Origin: Bacteroidota bacterium
Lineage (GTDB): Bacteria; Bacteroidota; Rhodothermia; JANXDC01
Assembly: GCA_025059945.1 (NCBI GenBank)
Contig: JANXDC010000011.1
Coordinates: forward strand, 16,673 to 80,672
DNA length: 64,000 nucleotides
Direction of reading: 5' to 3'
Notes under the pieces: generated by a model
What the model was told of the DNA's origin: nothing
Databases searched by the model: none
What the model saw: only the letters and a program-made list of their open reading frames with translations
In this document: piece by piece, positions 25,372 through 35,044 of the stretch
How the letters are laid out: the number at the start of each line of letters is the position of its first letter
How positions within the stretch are numbered: the stretch's first letter is position 1
Made by a program: the position numbers and the translations under genes

Positions 25372-26943
25372 ATGCGCGAATCGGATCGCTTTTTCTCCTC
25401 CCGCTGGGGGTTGATCCTCAGTGTCCTCGGTATCGCCGTGGGTACGGGCAATATTTGGCGTTTCCCGAGAATCGCGGCCAAAACGGCCGGAGATGAAGGC
25501 GCCGGCGCCTTCTTGCTCGCCTGGGTCGTGTTTTTGCTCCTTTGGTCCGTTCCGCTCATCATAGCGGAATACGCTATCGGGCGGCGCACGCGCCTCAATC
25601 CGGTCGGCTCCATGGCCCTGCTCATGGGCCCCCGCTACGGTTGGATGGGGGCCTTTATCGCCTTTGTGGCTACGGCGATTATGTTTTACTACTCCGTAGT
25701 GGCCGGCTGGTGTCTGTATTACTTCGTGCAGATGCTCGTACGCCCCCTGCCGCTTTCCGTGGAGTCGGCTTGGGGCATGTGGAACGGCTTTCAGTCCGGT
25801 CCCTGGCCTGTTGTTTTTCATGCCCTCATGATGGGGGTTGGGGCCTGGGTGATCGCCCGCGGCGTGGCCTCGATTGAGCGCGTCAGCATGGTGCTTGTGC
25901 CCACTTTGCTCGGGATCGTGCTTTTGGCCGCTGTGCGGGCCGTAACGCTGCCGGGGAGTCTGGAGGGGATCCGGTTCCTCTTTACACCCGACTGGCCGAA
26001 ACTGGCCGATCCCCAGGTGTGGTTGGAGGCGCTTACCCAGAACGCCTGGGACACGGGAGCCGGCTGGGGGTTGATCCTGGTGTACGCCACATACATGCGG
26101 GCCCGGCACGGGGTAACGCTTAACGCCTTCCTTACGGGGTTCGGGAACAACTCCGTCTCGCTGCTGGCCGCGATAGCCGTTTTTGGCACGGTATTCGGCG
26201 TGCTGCACACACAGTACGATCAAGCCCAAATCCTAGCCATTATGCGCGACTCGGGCCCGGCTTCGACGGGGCTTACCTTCATCTGGATGCCCCAGCTGTT
26301 TGCGCGCATGCCCTTGGGTGAGCTCATGGCCGTGCTCTTTTTCCTGGGCCTTTCGTTTGCCGCCTTCACCTCCTTGATCTCCATGATCGAGCTCGCAACG
26401 CGCGTGCTGGTCGATATGGGGTTGCCGCGTCCGCGGGCGATCTCCTCGATCGCCCTGTTGGGTTTTATCGCCGGGCTGCCCTCGGCGCGCAGCCCTGAGT
26501 TCCTGGGAAACCAGGACTTCGTCTGGGGTGTTGCGCTCATGCTTTCCGGTCTCCTGATAGCCCTGGCCGTTAACCGGTACGGAACCGAGCGCTTTCGGTC
26601 TGAGCTGCTCGAGGCCAGCCGGGCTTATGACCTGCCCTTGGGCCGGTGGTGGACTTTCGTCATGCGTTATGCGGTGCCCCTGCAGGCTCTTGTGCTAATC
26701 AGCTGGTGGATTCTGATGGCCGTCTTTGGCTTTCCCAGCAGCCTGGACGTGCGCACCTGGCGCGTGGATCCGAATTGGTGGAACCCCTTAAGCCCCTACA
26801 CGGTGGGCACTTGCGTGTTCCAGTGGCTGATCGTCGCGCTCGCCCTGATCGGGCTTAACCGTCTGCTGGTTAAGCACACCCTGAGTGAAGCCGTGCAGAC
26901 GAAGCAGCGCCTAAAGACAGAGGGATGGAAGGAGCTCGAGTAG
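25372..26943 (+). CDS. Sodium-dependent transporter, neurotransmitter:sodium symporter (SNF/NSS) family
   Basis: 523 aa. GIAVGTGNIWRFP hallmark in TM1. About 11-12 TM segments. Confidence 0.9.
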   Translation: MRESDRFFSSRWGLILSVLGIAVGTGNIWRFPRIAAKTAGDEGAGAFLLAWVVFLLLWSVPLIIAEYAIGRRTRLNPVGSMALLMGPRYGWMGAFIAFVATAIMFYYSVVAGWCLYYFVQMLVRPLPLSVESAWGMWNGFQSGPWPVVFHALMMGVGAWVIARGVASIERVSMVLVPTLLGIVLLAAVRAVTLPGSLEGIRFLFTPDWPKLADPQVWLEALTQNAWDTGAGWGLILVYATYMRARHGVTLNAFLTGFGNNSVSLLAAIAVFGTVFGVLHTQYDQAQILAIMRDSGPASTGLTFIWMPQLFARMPLGELMAVLFFLGLSFAAFTSLISMIELATRVLVDMGLPRPRAISSIALLGFIAGLPSARSPEFLGNQDFVWGVALMLSGLLIALAVNRYGTERFRSELLEASRAYDLPLGRWWTFVMRYAVPLQALVLISWWILMAVFGFPSSLDVRTWRVDPNWWNPLSPYTVGTCVFQWLIVALALIGLNRLLVKHTLSEAVQTKQRLKTEGWKELE

Positions 26944-26966
26944 CGCCTCCGGCGCATGCCGGGCAA

Positions 26967-27659
26967 ATGCGCAGGCGCTTTCGGGCGCGCACGCGCTGGG
27001 GACTGGGGCGGCGCATCTGGCTTGATCCCCTCTCGGTCATCCCGCTTAGCCGGGCGCTCGATGAGCCGGGAGCGCTTTTTCCGGGAGATCCGCCCTTCGG
27101 TCTTGAGCGGGTCTGGACCTTGGAGGCGGGCTCTTCCGTTAACGTATCCCGCATCGCGCACAGCGATCATGCGGGCACCCATGCGGACTTACCCTACCAT
27201 TTATACTCGGAGCTAGCAGCCTGGATCATCCCGCAGACCCACTACGTCGGGGCGGGCTATGTGCTGGAAGCCGGACAGCCTGTGGGGCCGGAGCGGATCG
27301 CGGAGATCCCTCCGGAGGCGGCGTTGCTGCTGGTGCGCACCCCGCGCGGGGGCCCTGCGCGCAAGCCGGTTTCCGATTTCCCCACCCTGACCCCGCAGGC
27401 GGCCGAGCGTCTTCTTCGGTTGCGCATCAAGACCGTAGTGGTGGATGTGCTCTCCGTTGATGTGGCCGATTCGAGGGAGTTGCCTGTGCATCGGATTTTG
27501 CTTGAAGCCGGCATAGGTATCGTAGAGAACGCGGACCTGCGCCCCCTGCGCGCCGGATCTCTCGTATGGATCGAAGGGGCCTATGTACCCGTTCGGCATC
27601 CCCAGATAAGCGCCCTGGCGCTTGCGCTGCGCGCTTATGAGCGCTGGGGTTGGCTATAA
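26967..27659 (+). CDS. Cyclase family protein (arylformamidase/kynurenine-formamidase-like)
   Basis: ORF 26925-27659. HSDHAGTHADLPYH matches the HxGTHxDxPxH cyclase motif. The start is uncertain; ATG 26967 is chosen because it avoids overlap with the SNF gene. Confidence 0.75.
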   Translation: MRRRFRARTRWGLGRRIWLDPLSVIPLSRALDEPGALFPGDPPFGLERVWTLEAGSSVNVSRIAHSDHAGTHADLPYHLYSELAAWIIPQTHYVGAGYVLEAGQPVGPERIAEIPPEAALLLVRTPRGGPARKPVSDFPTLTPQAAERLLRLRIKTVVVDVLSVDVADSRELPVHRILLEAGIGIVENADLRPLRAGSLVWIEGAYVPVRHPQISALALALRAYERWGWL

Positions 27660-27697
27660 AAAAGCCGGGCTCCCTCCTCCTGAGCCCGGCTCTTTCC
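27657..27697. terminator. Bidirectional intrinsic terminator between the convergent cyclase and lipoprotein genes
   Basis: 10-bp stem AGCCGGGCTC / GAGCCCGGCT with a 9-nt loop. An A6 run on the 5' side gives a U-tract for the minus strand. CTTTCCC follows on the 3' side. Confidence 0.65.
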
Positions 27698-27725
27698 CTA
27701 CAGAGGCGGCCAGCCAAGTGGCGGC

Positions 27726-28169
27726 TTAGCGCTTAGGCACCGTATAGCGCACCGGTCCGATGAGTTCAGGCCCGGCTGAGGCCGCATCGTCGTCTCGGCG
27801 CTGAGGCGCAGCAGCCCGAAAGCGCACCACGTCTCCGCGGACCTCATAGGTCCAGGGAAAGTACAAGCCCCCTGTTATGGCGCTGATCAACCAGTCCACA
27901 ACCGAAAGCTGAGACATAATCATGATATTGGTCGCGGCTACGCCGTTGTAGCGGCGCACTTCATCCCGGATGATGGTCTCTGCTTGCGGCGGGCCGATGG
28001 GGACTAGCCCAAAGACTAAAAAGTGCGCTTTGCGCTGATACTGAAACGAGCGCACAATTTCGTACTCGGCTGGGTCGCGTTCCGGCGGGATGACGTATTG
28101 CATGGTGTAGCAGCCGCTGGCGGTAAGGAACACAAGAAGCACTAGCATGAGAGAAGACGCGCGATGCAT
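27726..28169 (-). CDS. Bor-like outer-membrane lipoprotein
   Basis: Lipoprotein signal MHRASSLMLVLLVFLTASGC. Segments AHFLVFGLVPI and DWLISAITGGLYFPWTYEVRG resemble the Bor-family core. Confidence 0.65.
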   Translation of the reverse strand: MHRASSLMLVLLVFLTASGCYTMQYVIPPERDPAEYEIVRSFQYQRKAHFLVFGLVPIGPPQAETIIRDEVRRYNGVAATNIMIMSQLSVVDWLISAITGGLYFPWTYEVRGDVVRFRAAAPQRRDDDAASAGPELIGPVRYTVPKR

Positions 28170-28250
28170 ATGGCACCTCCTTGTTTAGGACGGTTCGGTT
28201 GTCCGAAAATTAGGCAAAAGGCCTCACCCCTCCAAGGCGTAAGGCCAGGT

Positions 28251-31200
28251 TTAACGTTTAAACAACACCCATCGTTGTTGGATCTCTTCGGGTGCTGCCG
28301 ATCGCTGCAGGCGTATCAGGTACAAGCCCGAGGCAACGGGCCGACCCGCCTCATCGCGACCGTCCCAGCAATACTCCGATACCCCCGCCGATAGGCCCTC
28401 ATACAACAGGCGCACGCGGCGCCCTAAGAGGTCGTATACGGCCAACTGGATCGGCTCAAGCCCCGTTCCGCTAAAGCGGATGCGCACCACCGCAGAGGCG
28501 GGGTTGGGATAGACCTCCAGGGCTTCAAGATGCGGAGCTTCGACAGGCTCTTGCGCGGTTCTTACGCGCCCGCCGTCTACGGCCCATTTAGGATTGTAGA
28601 CGGGCACGTCCAGCTGCAGGCCGCCAAAGCGATCGGTTGGGAGCTCATAAAACAGCAGCAGCCTATTCGATGGGCTTACAAAGGCCAGGGCCCGGTCATC
28701 TGGGGCGAACGTGGGCCGCATGGCGTCTTCCAGGAAAAAGCCTCCGATGTTTCGGTTGGGGATGTTCAGCAAACCCCCTCGACGCTGGGCCAGATCGGCT
28801 ATGACGATGTCCCAATCTCCGAATTCGTCCACGTAGTTAAAGGCGATCAAGTTTGGGTTCGTGTTGCCGTAGGTGATGTTGCCGATGTTCACGTCGGCCG
28901 ACTGGCCAGGGACGAGGTTATAGATTTTGCCGCTGCTCAAGTCGAGCTCGTACATACCCCAATAGGCGACTCGGCTTAGGCCCAGTTTGTATTCGTGGTA
29001 GGCATCAAAGCCGATCTTGCGCTTGTCCGGAGACCAGGCCACTACGTCCGCGTATTGGATCGAGGCGTCCTGTAGGCCCTCAACGGTGCTCTCAGGCCTA
29101 AGGGGGACGCGCACAACCTGGCGTCCGTCGGTTAGGTACAGGTTAGGGTCTTTTTCGTAGGCCGAGATGAGCGCCACAAGGCTTCCATCCGGAGCTACGG
29201 AGGCGTTCCACAGGTCACCGGGTTGGCGTAGCTGTAGCGGGAACACCTGTACCTGACCCGTTGCCACCTCTATGGCGGCCAGCTGTCGTTCTGGGGTGAT
29301 GTAAAACACATACAGCCGCCCCGTCTGAGGATGTACGGCCGCGCTGAGCTGGGCCCGGTCCGCGCCGCCTTGCGAGACCCGGGCTCGGGCCTGCGGATGG
29401 TTGAAAACAGCCCCGCGGTTTTGGGCTAGGTCCCAGTATCCGATGCGGCCATCCTCCACCATAAAGAGAATAAGCTGCCGTCCTCCGGATATAGGCGGCA
29501 CAGTCGGACTTCCCCCACCGCCGCCAGCGGAGGCCGCAATACCCACGGCATCGAAGGCTTGTCGGACGGCGTTGAGCTCAGCCCCCGACCCGTACAGATC
29601 CTGTGCGGCGCGCTCTAAGGCCAGCCTGCAGTCCACGAATTGGCTGTTTCGGGTCAGATACCGGCTAAGCGCCTGGTAGTAAATGCGCTCGGCCTTTTCG
29701 CGACCGATGGCTTGTATGACCAGGTAGGCCGCCCGGTTGGGAATGCCGCTGTTGATGTGCACGCCGCCGTTATCTTGTTCAATGGGCAGCTGCACGTATT
29801 GGCTCATGTGGCTGGGCTGCGGTTTGAGAAGAGCCGGGTTGCTGGGATTAGCGAAATCGCGAAGCGCCGGGCCTCGGCCGGGTCGCATGATGTCCTCACC
29901 CAGCAGGAAATCATCCCGGTCGATCATGACGCCGAAGACGTCGGCAAAAGATTCATTCAGGGCCCCAGGCTGAAACTGATAGACCAGATCGGCCGTGTGT
30001 TGGATGACGCCGTGCGTCATCTCGTGTCCCGCGACATCTAGACCACCGGCTAAGGGCTTAAAGACCTGCGCCCCATCCCCGTAGCCCATTATCCGACCGT
30101 TCCAGAAGGCGTTGTCCATGGGCTGGCCGTTTTGGGTGATGTGGATGATCGAGATCATGGTCTGGTCTTTGTCGTCGATCGCGCGGCGGTTGAAGGTGTT
30201 GCGGTAGTAGTCGTAGCAAACCTTCATGTTGGAGTGGGCTGAAACCGCCGAGGCGTCCGTCCAGGTGTTGTTAGGCGAGGTGACGTGATAAAGCTGCACG
30301 CCTTCTTTGAGGTCCTGGTTGCGAGCATCGATCGTTAGGGCTCCGCCTCGGGGATTGTCCGGCAGCTGGGAAGCTTGTGGGTTGAGGTTGGGAAGATCCC
30401 AAATCATGTAGTAGACGCCGTTGCTGTGGCGATAGGTGCGCAGGGCTCGTTCGCGTCCGTTTAGGTCTATGGCCCGGGCGTCGGCAAACTGCGTAGCCGG
30501 ATGCCGATCTCCGTCCCCCCGATCTGTCGCCGCCCATCGGGCGCGCACCGTGGGCGTGGGGGCGCCTGTGAAGCTGCAGTGCCGCTCGATGCGGTTAAGT
30601 ATTCCCCCCGTGTGAGCGCTGATGATGTACTCGTAATACCCGATCAAATGCGCGTGCAGGCGCACCGAGTAGGCCAAGCGCACCCGAAGCGGATCCGGAT
30701 AGAGCACAAGCTGCACCTGCGGAGGCTCCAGACCCAACCACCGCATCGTGGCCGCATCCGGCGGCGCCCACTGCCCGCGTTGGCGCAGGTCCCTTATAGC
30801 CAGCTCCAGGGCGTCCTCCGGCCGCAGCGTGGGGGATGTGGAGACGCCCCTTGGGGTGGGTTCATAGCGGCCGTTTATCGCGTAGACCCCGTCCGGCCCT
30901 ATGTGCACATACAGGTCTCGGCCCCACACGGGCACCCGTTGGTACACTTGGCGAAAGCGCACATGCCAGCGGCCGCTTGGGTCCTCTTGTACGGACTCCA
31001 GCTCGAATTCTTGATCCGGATTCTCCACCCCGAGCAGCGCGCGCAGCTCCATGAGGGCCTGCTGGGCCCGATCGGCCGCCTGCGTTACGCTCTGGACACT
31101 GCCTACAAAAAGCGGGGTGGAAAGGGAGATCCAGTAAGGCACGCCGTTTTCGGCCCGATACAGCGTGATCCCCGGGCTTGCGGGGGCGGCTAGCTGTATG

Positions 31201-31502
31201 GTGCGCCCTGCGCGACCGGGGCTTGCCACGGAAGCGCCCAGTGAGCCCCAAAACCGGGCCGGGAGAGGATCAAGCTCGGCGCGCCCTACGGGCAAGCCCA
31301 GCTCAAAGAGCGACGGACTGACAAAGGTGGCCGATGGGATCTGCAGCGCACCCGGACGGTATAGGGGGACATGCTCTGCGGGGTCACCCCGCAACGGCCG
31401 CCCGTCCGGGCCGGGCTTTTGCCCGTAGCTGGATGCGCCAAACAACAGCCCGCACAGAAGCAAAACCCCCTTCATGGCGTTAAAACCCCTGAAGCTGCCC
31501 AT
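28251..31502 (-). CDS. Secreted M4 (thermolysin-like) metalloprotease with a C-terminal beta-propeller-like region and T9SS type-A sorting domain
   Basis: HEXXH in VAGHEMTHGV, third ligand in NESFADVFG, GGVHINSGIPNRA. Poly-Gly linker, then TolB/WD40-like repeats. Last ~80 aa (VYPNPASAVVRIRF...VYDLLGRRV...GLYLIRLQ) match a T9SS CTD. An alternative start is ATG 31475 (MKGVLLLCGLL). Confidence 0.9.
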   Translation of the reverse strand: MGSFRGFNAMKGVLLLCGLLFGASSYGQKPGPDGRPLRGDPAEHVPLYRPGALQIPSATFVSPSLFELGLPVGRAELDPLPARFWGSLGASVASPGRAGRTIQLAAPASPGITLYRAENGVPYWISLSTPLFVGSVQSVTQAADRAQQALMELRALLGVENPDQEFELESVQEDPSGRWHVRFRQVYQRVPVWGRDLYVHIGPDGVYAINGRYEPTPRGVSTSPTLRPEDALELAIRDLRQRGQWAPPDAATMRWLGLEPPQVQLVLYPDPLRVRLAYSVRLHAHLIGYYEYIISAHTGGILNRIERHCSFTGAPTPTVRARWAATDRGDGDRHPATQFADARAIDLNGRERALRTYRHSNGVYYMIWDLPNLNPQASQLPDNPRGGALTIDARNQDLKEGVQLYHVTSPNNTWTDASAVSAHSNMKVCYDYYRNTFNRRAIDDKDQTMISIIHITQNGQPMDNAFWNGRIMGYGDGAQVFKPLAGGLDVAGHEMTHGVIQHTADLVYQFQPGALNESFADVFGVMIDRDDFLLGEDIMRPGRGPALRDFANPSNPALLKPQPSHMSQYVQLPIEQDNGGVHINSGIPNRAAYLVIQAIGREKAERIYYQALSRYLTRNSQFVDCRLALERAAQDLYGSGAELNAVRQAFDAVGIAASAGGGGGSPTVPPISGGRQLILFMVEDGRIGYWDLAQNRGAVFNHPQARARVSQGGADRAQLSAAVHPQTGRLYVFYITPERQLAAIEVATGQVQVFPLQLRQPGDLWNASVAPDGSLVALISAYEKDPNLYLTDGRQVVRVPLRPESTVEGLQDASIQYADVVAWSPDKRKIGFDAYHEYKLGLSRVAYWGMYELDLSSGKIYNLVPGQSADVNIGNITYGNTNPNLIAFNYVDEFGDWDIVIADLAQRRGGLLNIPNRNIGGFFLEDAMRPTFAPDDRALAFVSPSNRLLLFYELPTDRFGGLQLDVPVYNPKWAVDGGRVRTAQEPVEAPHLEALEVYPNPASAVVRIRFSGTGLEPIQLAVYDLLGRRVRLLYEGLSAGVSEYCWDGRDEAGRPVASGLYLIRLQRSAAPEEIQQRWVLFKR

Positions 31503-31614
31503 GGTAGCTCAGTGCGAAGAAAAAACGTATTTTGCACCTGATTCTGAGTTAAGGCTAGGTCATAAATGTAAACAGCCCCTACACAAAGACATCACGCGAT
31601 CGCGGGAGTAGGCG

Positions 31615-34600
31615 ATGCAGACCGACGTGTACCGACCCAAGCACAAGATCCGCTTTGTTACGGCCGCAAGCCTGTTTGACGGCCACGATGCGGCCATCAA
31701 CATCATCCGCCGTCTGCTGCAAGCCAGCGGAGCCGAGGTCATTCATCTGGGTCATAATCGCAGCGTGCAGGAGATTGTCGAGGCGGCCATTCAGGAGGAC
31801 GTGCAGGGGATCGCCGTCTCGAGCTATCAAGGCGGGCATATGGAGTTCTTCAAGTACATGATTGACCTGCTGCGCCAGCGAGGGGCCTCGCACGTTCGGG
31901 TCTTCGGAGGAGGGGGCGGGGTGATCGTGCCTCAGGAAATCCAGGAGTTAGAGGCCTATGGAGTCTGTAAGATCTTCTCCCCCGAAGACGGTCGGTCCAT
32001 GGGGCTGCAGGGTATGATCAATTACATGCTCCGACAATGCGACTTTCCCACGGTTCGCCAGCTAAACGGCCAATGGGAGGCGCTGCGAAGACGCGACACG
32101 AAGGCCATCGCGGAGCTCATCACGTACGCCGAGCTGCATCCCGCAGAGGCCCGCAAGCGGTTGCCCGTGGCCGTGGGGGCCGACTCCGAGGAGGGGATGT
32201 GGGCGTCCTCCATCGACAAGCCCATCCCTGTCGTAGGGATAACGGGAACCGGCGGCTCGGGTAAGTCGAGCTTGGTCGATGAGCTGGTGCGCCGGTTTTT
32301 GAACGATTTCCCCGAGCTCACGATCGGCATCGTCTCGGTTGACCCCTCTCAGCGCCGCACTGGGGGGGCGCTTCTGGGTGATCGCATCCGGATGAACTCG
32401 GCCAGCAATTCCCGCGTGTATATGCGTTCCTTGGCCACGCGCGCCTCGGAGCGCGCCGTCAGCCAGGCCGCCCGGGAGGCGATCGAGATCCTCAAGCTGG
32501 CCGCTTTTGATCTCCTCATTTTGGAGACCAGCGGCATCGGCCAAGCCGACACGGAAATCGTGGACATAGCCGACATCACGCTCTACGTGATGACCCCCGA
32601 ATACGGGGCCCCGACGCAGTTAGAGAAAATCAACATGCTCGACTTGGCCGACCTAGTTGTGCTGAACAAATTCGAGAAACGGGGAGGCCTGGACGCGCTG
32701 CGCGACGTGCGCAAGCAAGTGCGCCGCAATCGGGGGTTGTTCAACGTGCCCGATGAGCAGTTGCCCGTCTACGCGACGATCGCCAGCCGCTTCGATGATC
32801 CGGGCACTAACCGGCTCTACGTAGCCCTCTTGGAGCGCATCCGGGAGCGTTTTGGCCTGGATTGGCGTTCCCGTACTTATGGCGAGGAGGCTGGCGCCGT
32901 TATACCCGAGAAACGACCTCTGATCCCCCCCCAGCGGGAGCGATATCTGTCGGAGATCGCCGACACGGTGCGGCGTTATCACCGGTGGGCCGAAGAGCAA
33001 ATCCAGATCGCCCGCAAATGGGGCCAAGTGCGCGGGGTGATCCAGCAGGTGCAGCGTTGGAACCCTGAGGACCGAGAGCTGCTTCTGGAGCGCTTGCAGA
33101 GGATGGAGCAGCATTGGGCCGACCGGCTCGACGCCCGCTGCAAGGCCATCTTGGAGCAATGGGATGCGTGGGCTGAGCGCTACCGACAGGAGGAGTTCAT
33201 CTACACGGTTCGCGACCGCCAGGTGCGCACGAAGCTTTATCGCGAGACCTTAAGCGGCCTGCGGGTCCCGCGCGTGGCCCTGCCCAAGTACGAAGACTGG
33301 GGTGAGCGCCTGCGCTTTGCGCTCAAGGAGAACTTGCCGGGCTACTTTCCTTACACGGCCGGGGTCTATCCTTTTAAGCGCGAAGAAGAGGACCCCACGC
33401 GCATGTTCGCCGGCGAGGGCACGCCGGAGCGGACTAACCGGCGCTTTCACTATCTCTCCTACGATCAGCCCGCCAAGCGTCTTTCGACCGCCTTCGACTC
33501 CGTTACGTTATACGGTCACGATCCGGATGAGCGCCCCGATATCTACGGCAAGGTGGGCAATTCGGGCGTTTCGATCTGCACCCTGGATGACATGAAAAAG
33601 CTCTACTCGGGCTTTGATCTATGCGATCCGAAAACGTCCGTCTCGATGACGATCAACGGCCCGGCCCCCATGATCTTGGCCATGTTCTTGAACACGGCCA
33701 TTGATCAGCAGCTTGAGCGCTGGCTGCATCAGGAGGGCAAGCTTGAGGAGGCCGAGCGGGCCATCGAGGCCCACTACGCCCAGTTGGGTCTGCCCCGTCC
33801 GCGCTACGAGGGGCCGCTGCCCGAGGGCCATGATGGCTTCGGATTGGCTCTGCTAGGGGTTACGGGCTGGGAACTGGTCGAGTGGGGGGTGGTTCCGCCT
33901 GAAGTCTATGAGCGCTTGCGCGCCCACGCCCTGCAGGTGGTGCGCGGCACCGTGCAAGCGGATATTCTTAAGGAGGATCAAGCGCAAAACACCTGCATTT
34001 TCTCCACCGAGTTCGCCCTGCGCTTGATGGGCGACATACAAGAATTCTTCATCCGCAATAAGGTTCGCAACTTCTATTCGGTCTCCATCTCCGGCTATCA
34101 CATCGCCGAGGCGGGTGCCAATCCGATCACGCAGCTAGCCTTCACGCTGGCCAACGCCTTCACGTACGTGGAATACTACCTGGCCCGGGGTATGAAGATC
34201 GACGAGTTCGCCCCGAACTTATCGTTTTTCTTCTCCAACGGCATGGATCCGGAGTACACGGTTATCGGCCGCGTGGCCCGGCGCATTTGGGCCATCGCGA
34301 TGCGGGATCGTTACGGGGCCTCGGAGCGCAGCCAAATGCTCAAGTATCACATCCAGACCTCAGGGCGCAGCCTACACGCTATGGAGATCGCCTTCAACGA
34401 CATCCGCACCACGCTGCAGGCTCTGCTGGCGATCTTCGACAACTGCAATTCCCTGCACACCAACGCCTACGATGAGGCGATCACGACGCCCACAGAGGAG
34501 TCCGTGCGCCGCGCGATGGCCATCCAGCTCATCATCAACAAGGAGTTCGGGGTGGCCAAGAACGAAAACCCCTGGCAGGGCTCCTTTCTCATAGAGGAGC

Positions 34601-35043
34601 TCACGGATCTGGTTGAGGAGGCCGTGTTGCTGGAATTCGACCGGCTCTCCGAGCGCGGGGGGGTCCTAGGGGCCATGGAGACCATGTACCAGCGCAACAA
34701 GATTCAAGAGGAGTCCCTCTACTACGAGCAGCTCAAGCACTCCGGTCAGCTCCCTATTGTGGGGGTGAACACCTTTGTACGGGCCGGGGCCAGCGAGCAC
34801 GAGTACGAAATCGAACTGGTTCGCTCCACGGAGCAGGAGAAGCAACAGCAGCTGCGCAACCTGCGCGCCTTTTGGCGGCGCCACGCCGACCGCGCCCCTC
34901 AGGCCTTGGAGCGCCTAAAGGCCGTGGCCCGGGCCGGGGGGAATCTTTTCGAAGAGCTCATGCATACGGTTACGGTCTGCTCGTTAGGGCAGATCACGCG
35001 GGCCTTCTTTGAGGTCGGCGGGCAGTACCGGCGCAACATGTAG
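31615..35043 (+). CDS. icmF: Fused isobutyryl-CoA mutase (B12-binding domain, MeaB-like GTPase, mutase catalytic domain)
   Basis: 1142 aa. N-terminal B12 domain with DGHD. G-domain motifs [44 protein letters not shown]-terminal methylmalonyl-CoA-mutase-like TIM barrel. Confidence 0.92.
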   Translation: MQTDVYRPKHKIRFVTAASLFDGHDAAINIIRRLLQASGAEVIHLGHNRSVQEIVEAAIQEDVQGIAVSSYQGGHMEFFKYMIDLLRQRGASHVRVFGGGGGVIVPQEIQELEAYGVCKIFSPEDGRSMGLQGMINYMLRQCDFPTVRQLNGQWEALRRRDTKAIAELITYAELHPAEARKRLPVAVGADSEEGMWASSIDKPIPVVGITGTGGSGKSSLVDELVRRFLNDFPELTIGIVSVDPSQRRTGGALLGDRIRMNSASNSRVYMRSLATRASERAVSQAAREAIEILKLAAFDLLILETSGIGQADTEIVDIADITLYVMTPEYGAPTQLEKINMLDLADLVVLNKFEKRGGLDALRDVRKQVRRNRGLFNVPDEQLPVYATIASRFDDPGTNRLYVALLERIRERFGLDWRSRTYGEEAGAVIPEKRPLIPPQRERYLSEIADTVRRYHRWAEEQIQIARKWGQVRGVIQQVQRWNPEDRELLLERLQRMEQHWADRLDARCKAILEQWDAWAERYRQEEFIYTVRDRQVRTKLYRETLSGLRVPRVALPKYEDWGERLRFALKENLPGYFPYTAGVYPFKREEEDPTRMFAGEGTPERTNRRFHYLSYDQPAKRLSTAFDSVTLYGHDPDERPDIYGKVGNSGVSICTLDDMKKLYSGFDLCDPKTSVSMTINGPAPMILAMFLNTAIDQQLERWLHQEGKLEEAERAIEAHYAQLGLPRPRYEGPLPEGHDGFGLALLGVTGWELVEWGVVPPEVYERLRAHALQVVRGTVQADILKEDQAQNTCIFSTEFALRLMGDIQEFFIRNKVRNFYSVSISGYHIAEAGANPITQLAFTLANAFTYVEYYLARGMKIDEFAPNLSFFFSNGMDPEYTVIGRVARRIWAIAMRDRYGASERSQMLKYHIQTSGRSLHAMEIAFNDIRTTLQALLAIFDNCNSLHTNAYDEAITTPTEESVRRAMAIQLIINKEFGVAKNENPWQGSFLIEELTDLVEEAVLLEFDRLSERGGVLGAMETMYQRNKIQEESLYYEQLKHSGQLPIVGVNTFVRAGASEHEYEIELVRSTEQEKQQQLRNLRAFWRRHADRAPQALERLKAVARAGGNLFEELMHTVTVCSLGQITRAFFEVGGQYRRNM

Positions 35044-35044
35044 G

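Noticed and set aside
25138-26229. 363-aa minus-strand ORF antisense to pyrR and the SNF transporter
   Set aside because: Fully overlapped by two well-supported plus-strand genes. Its composition (H/G/P/R-rich, no motifs) indicates a shadow ORF.
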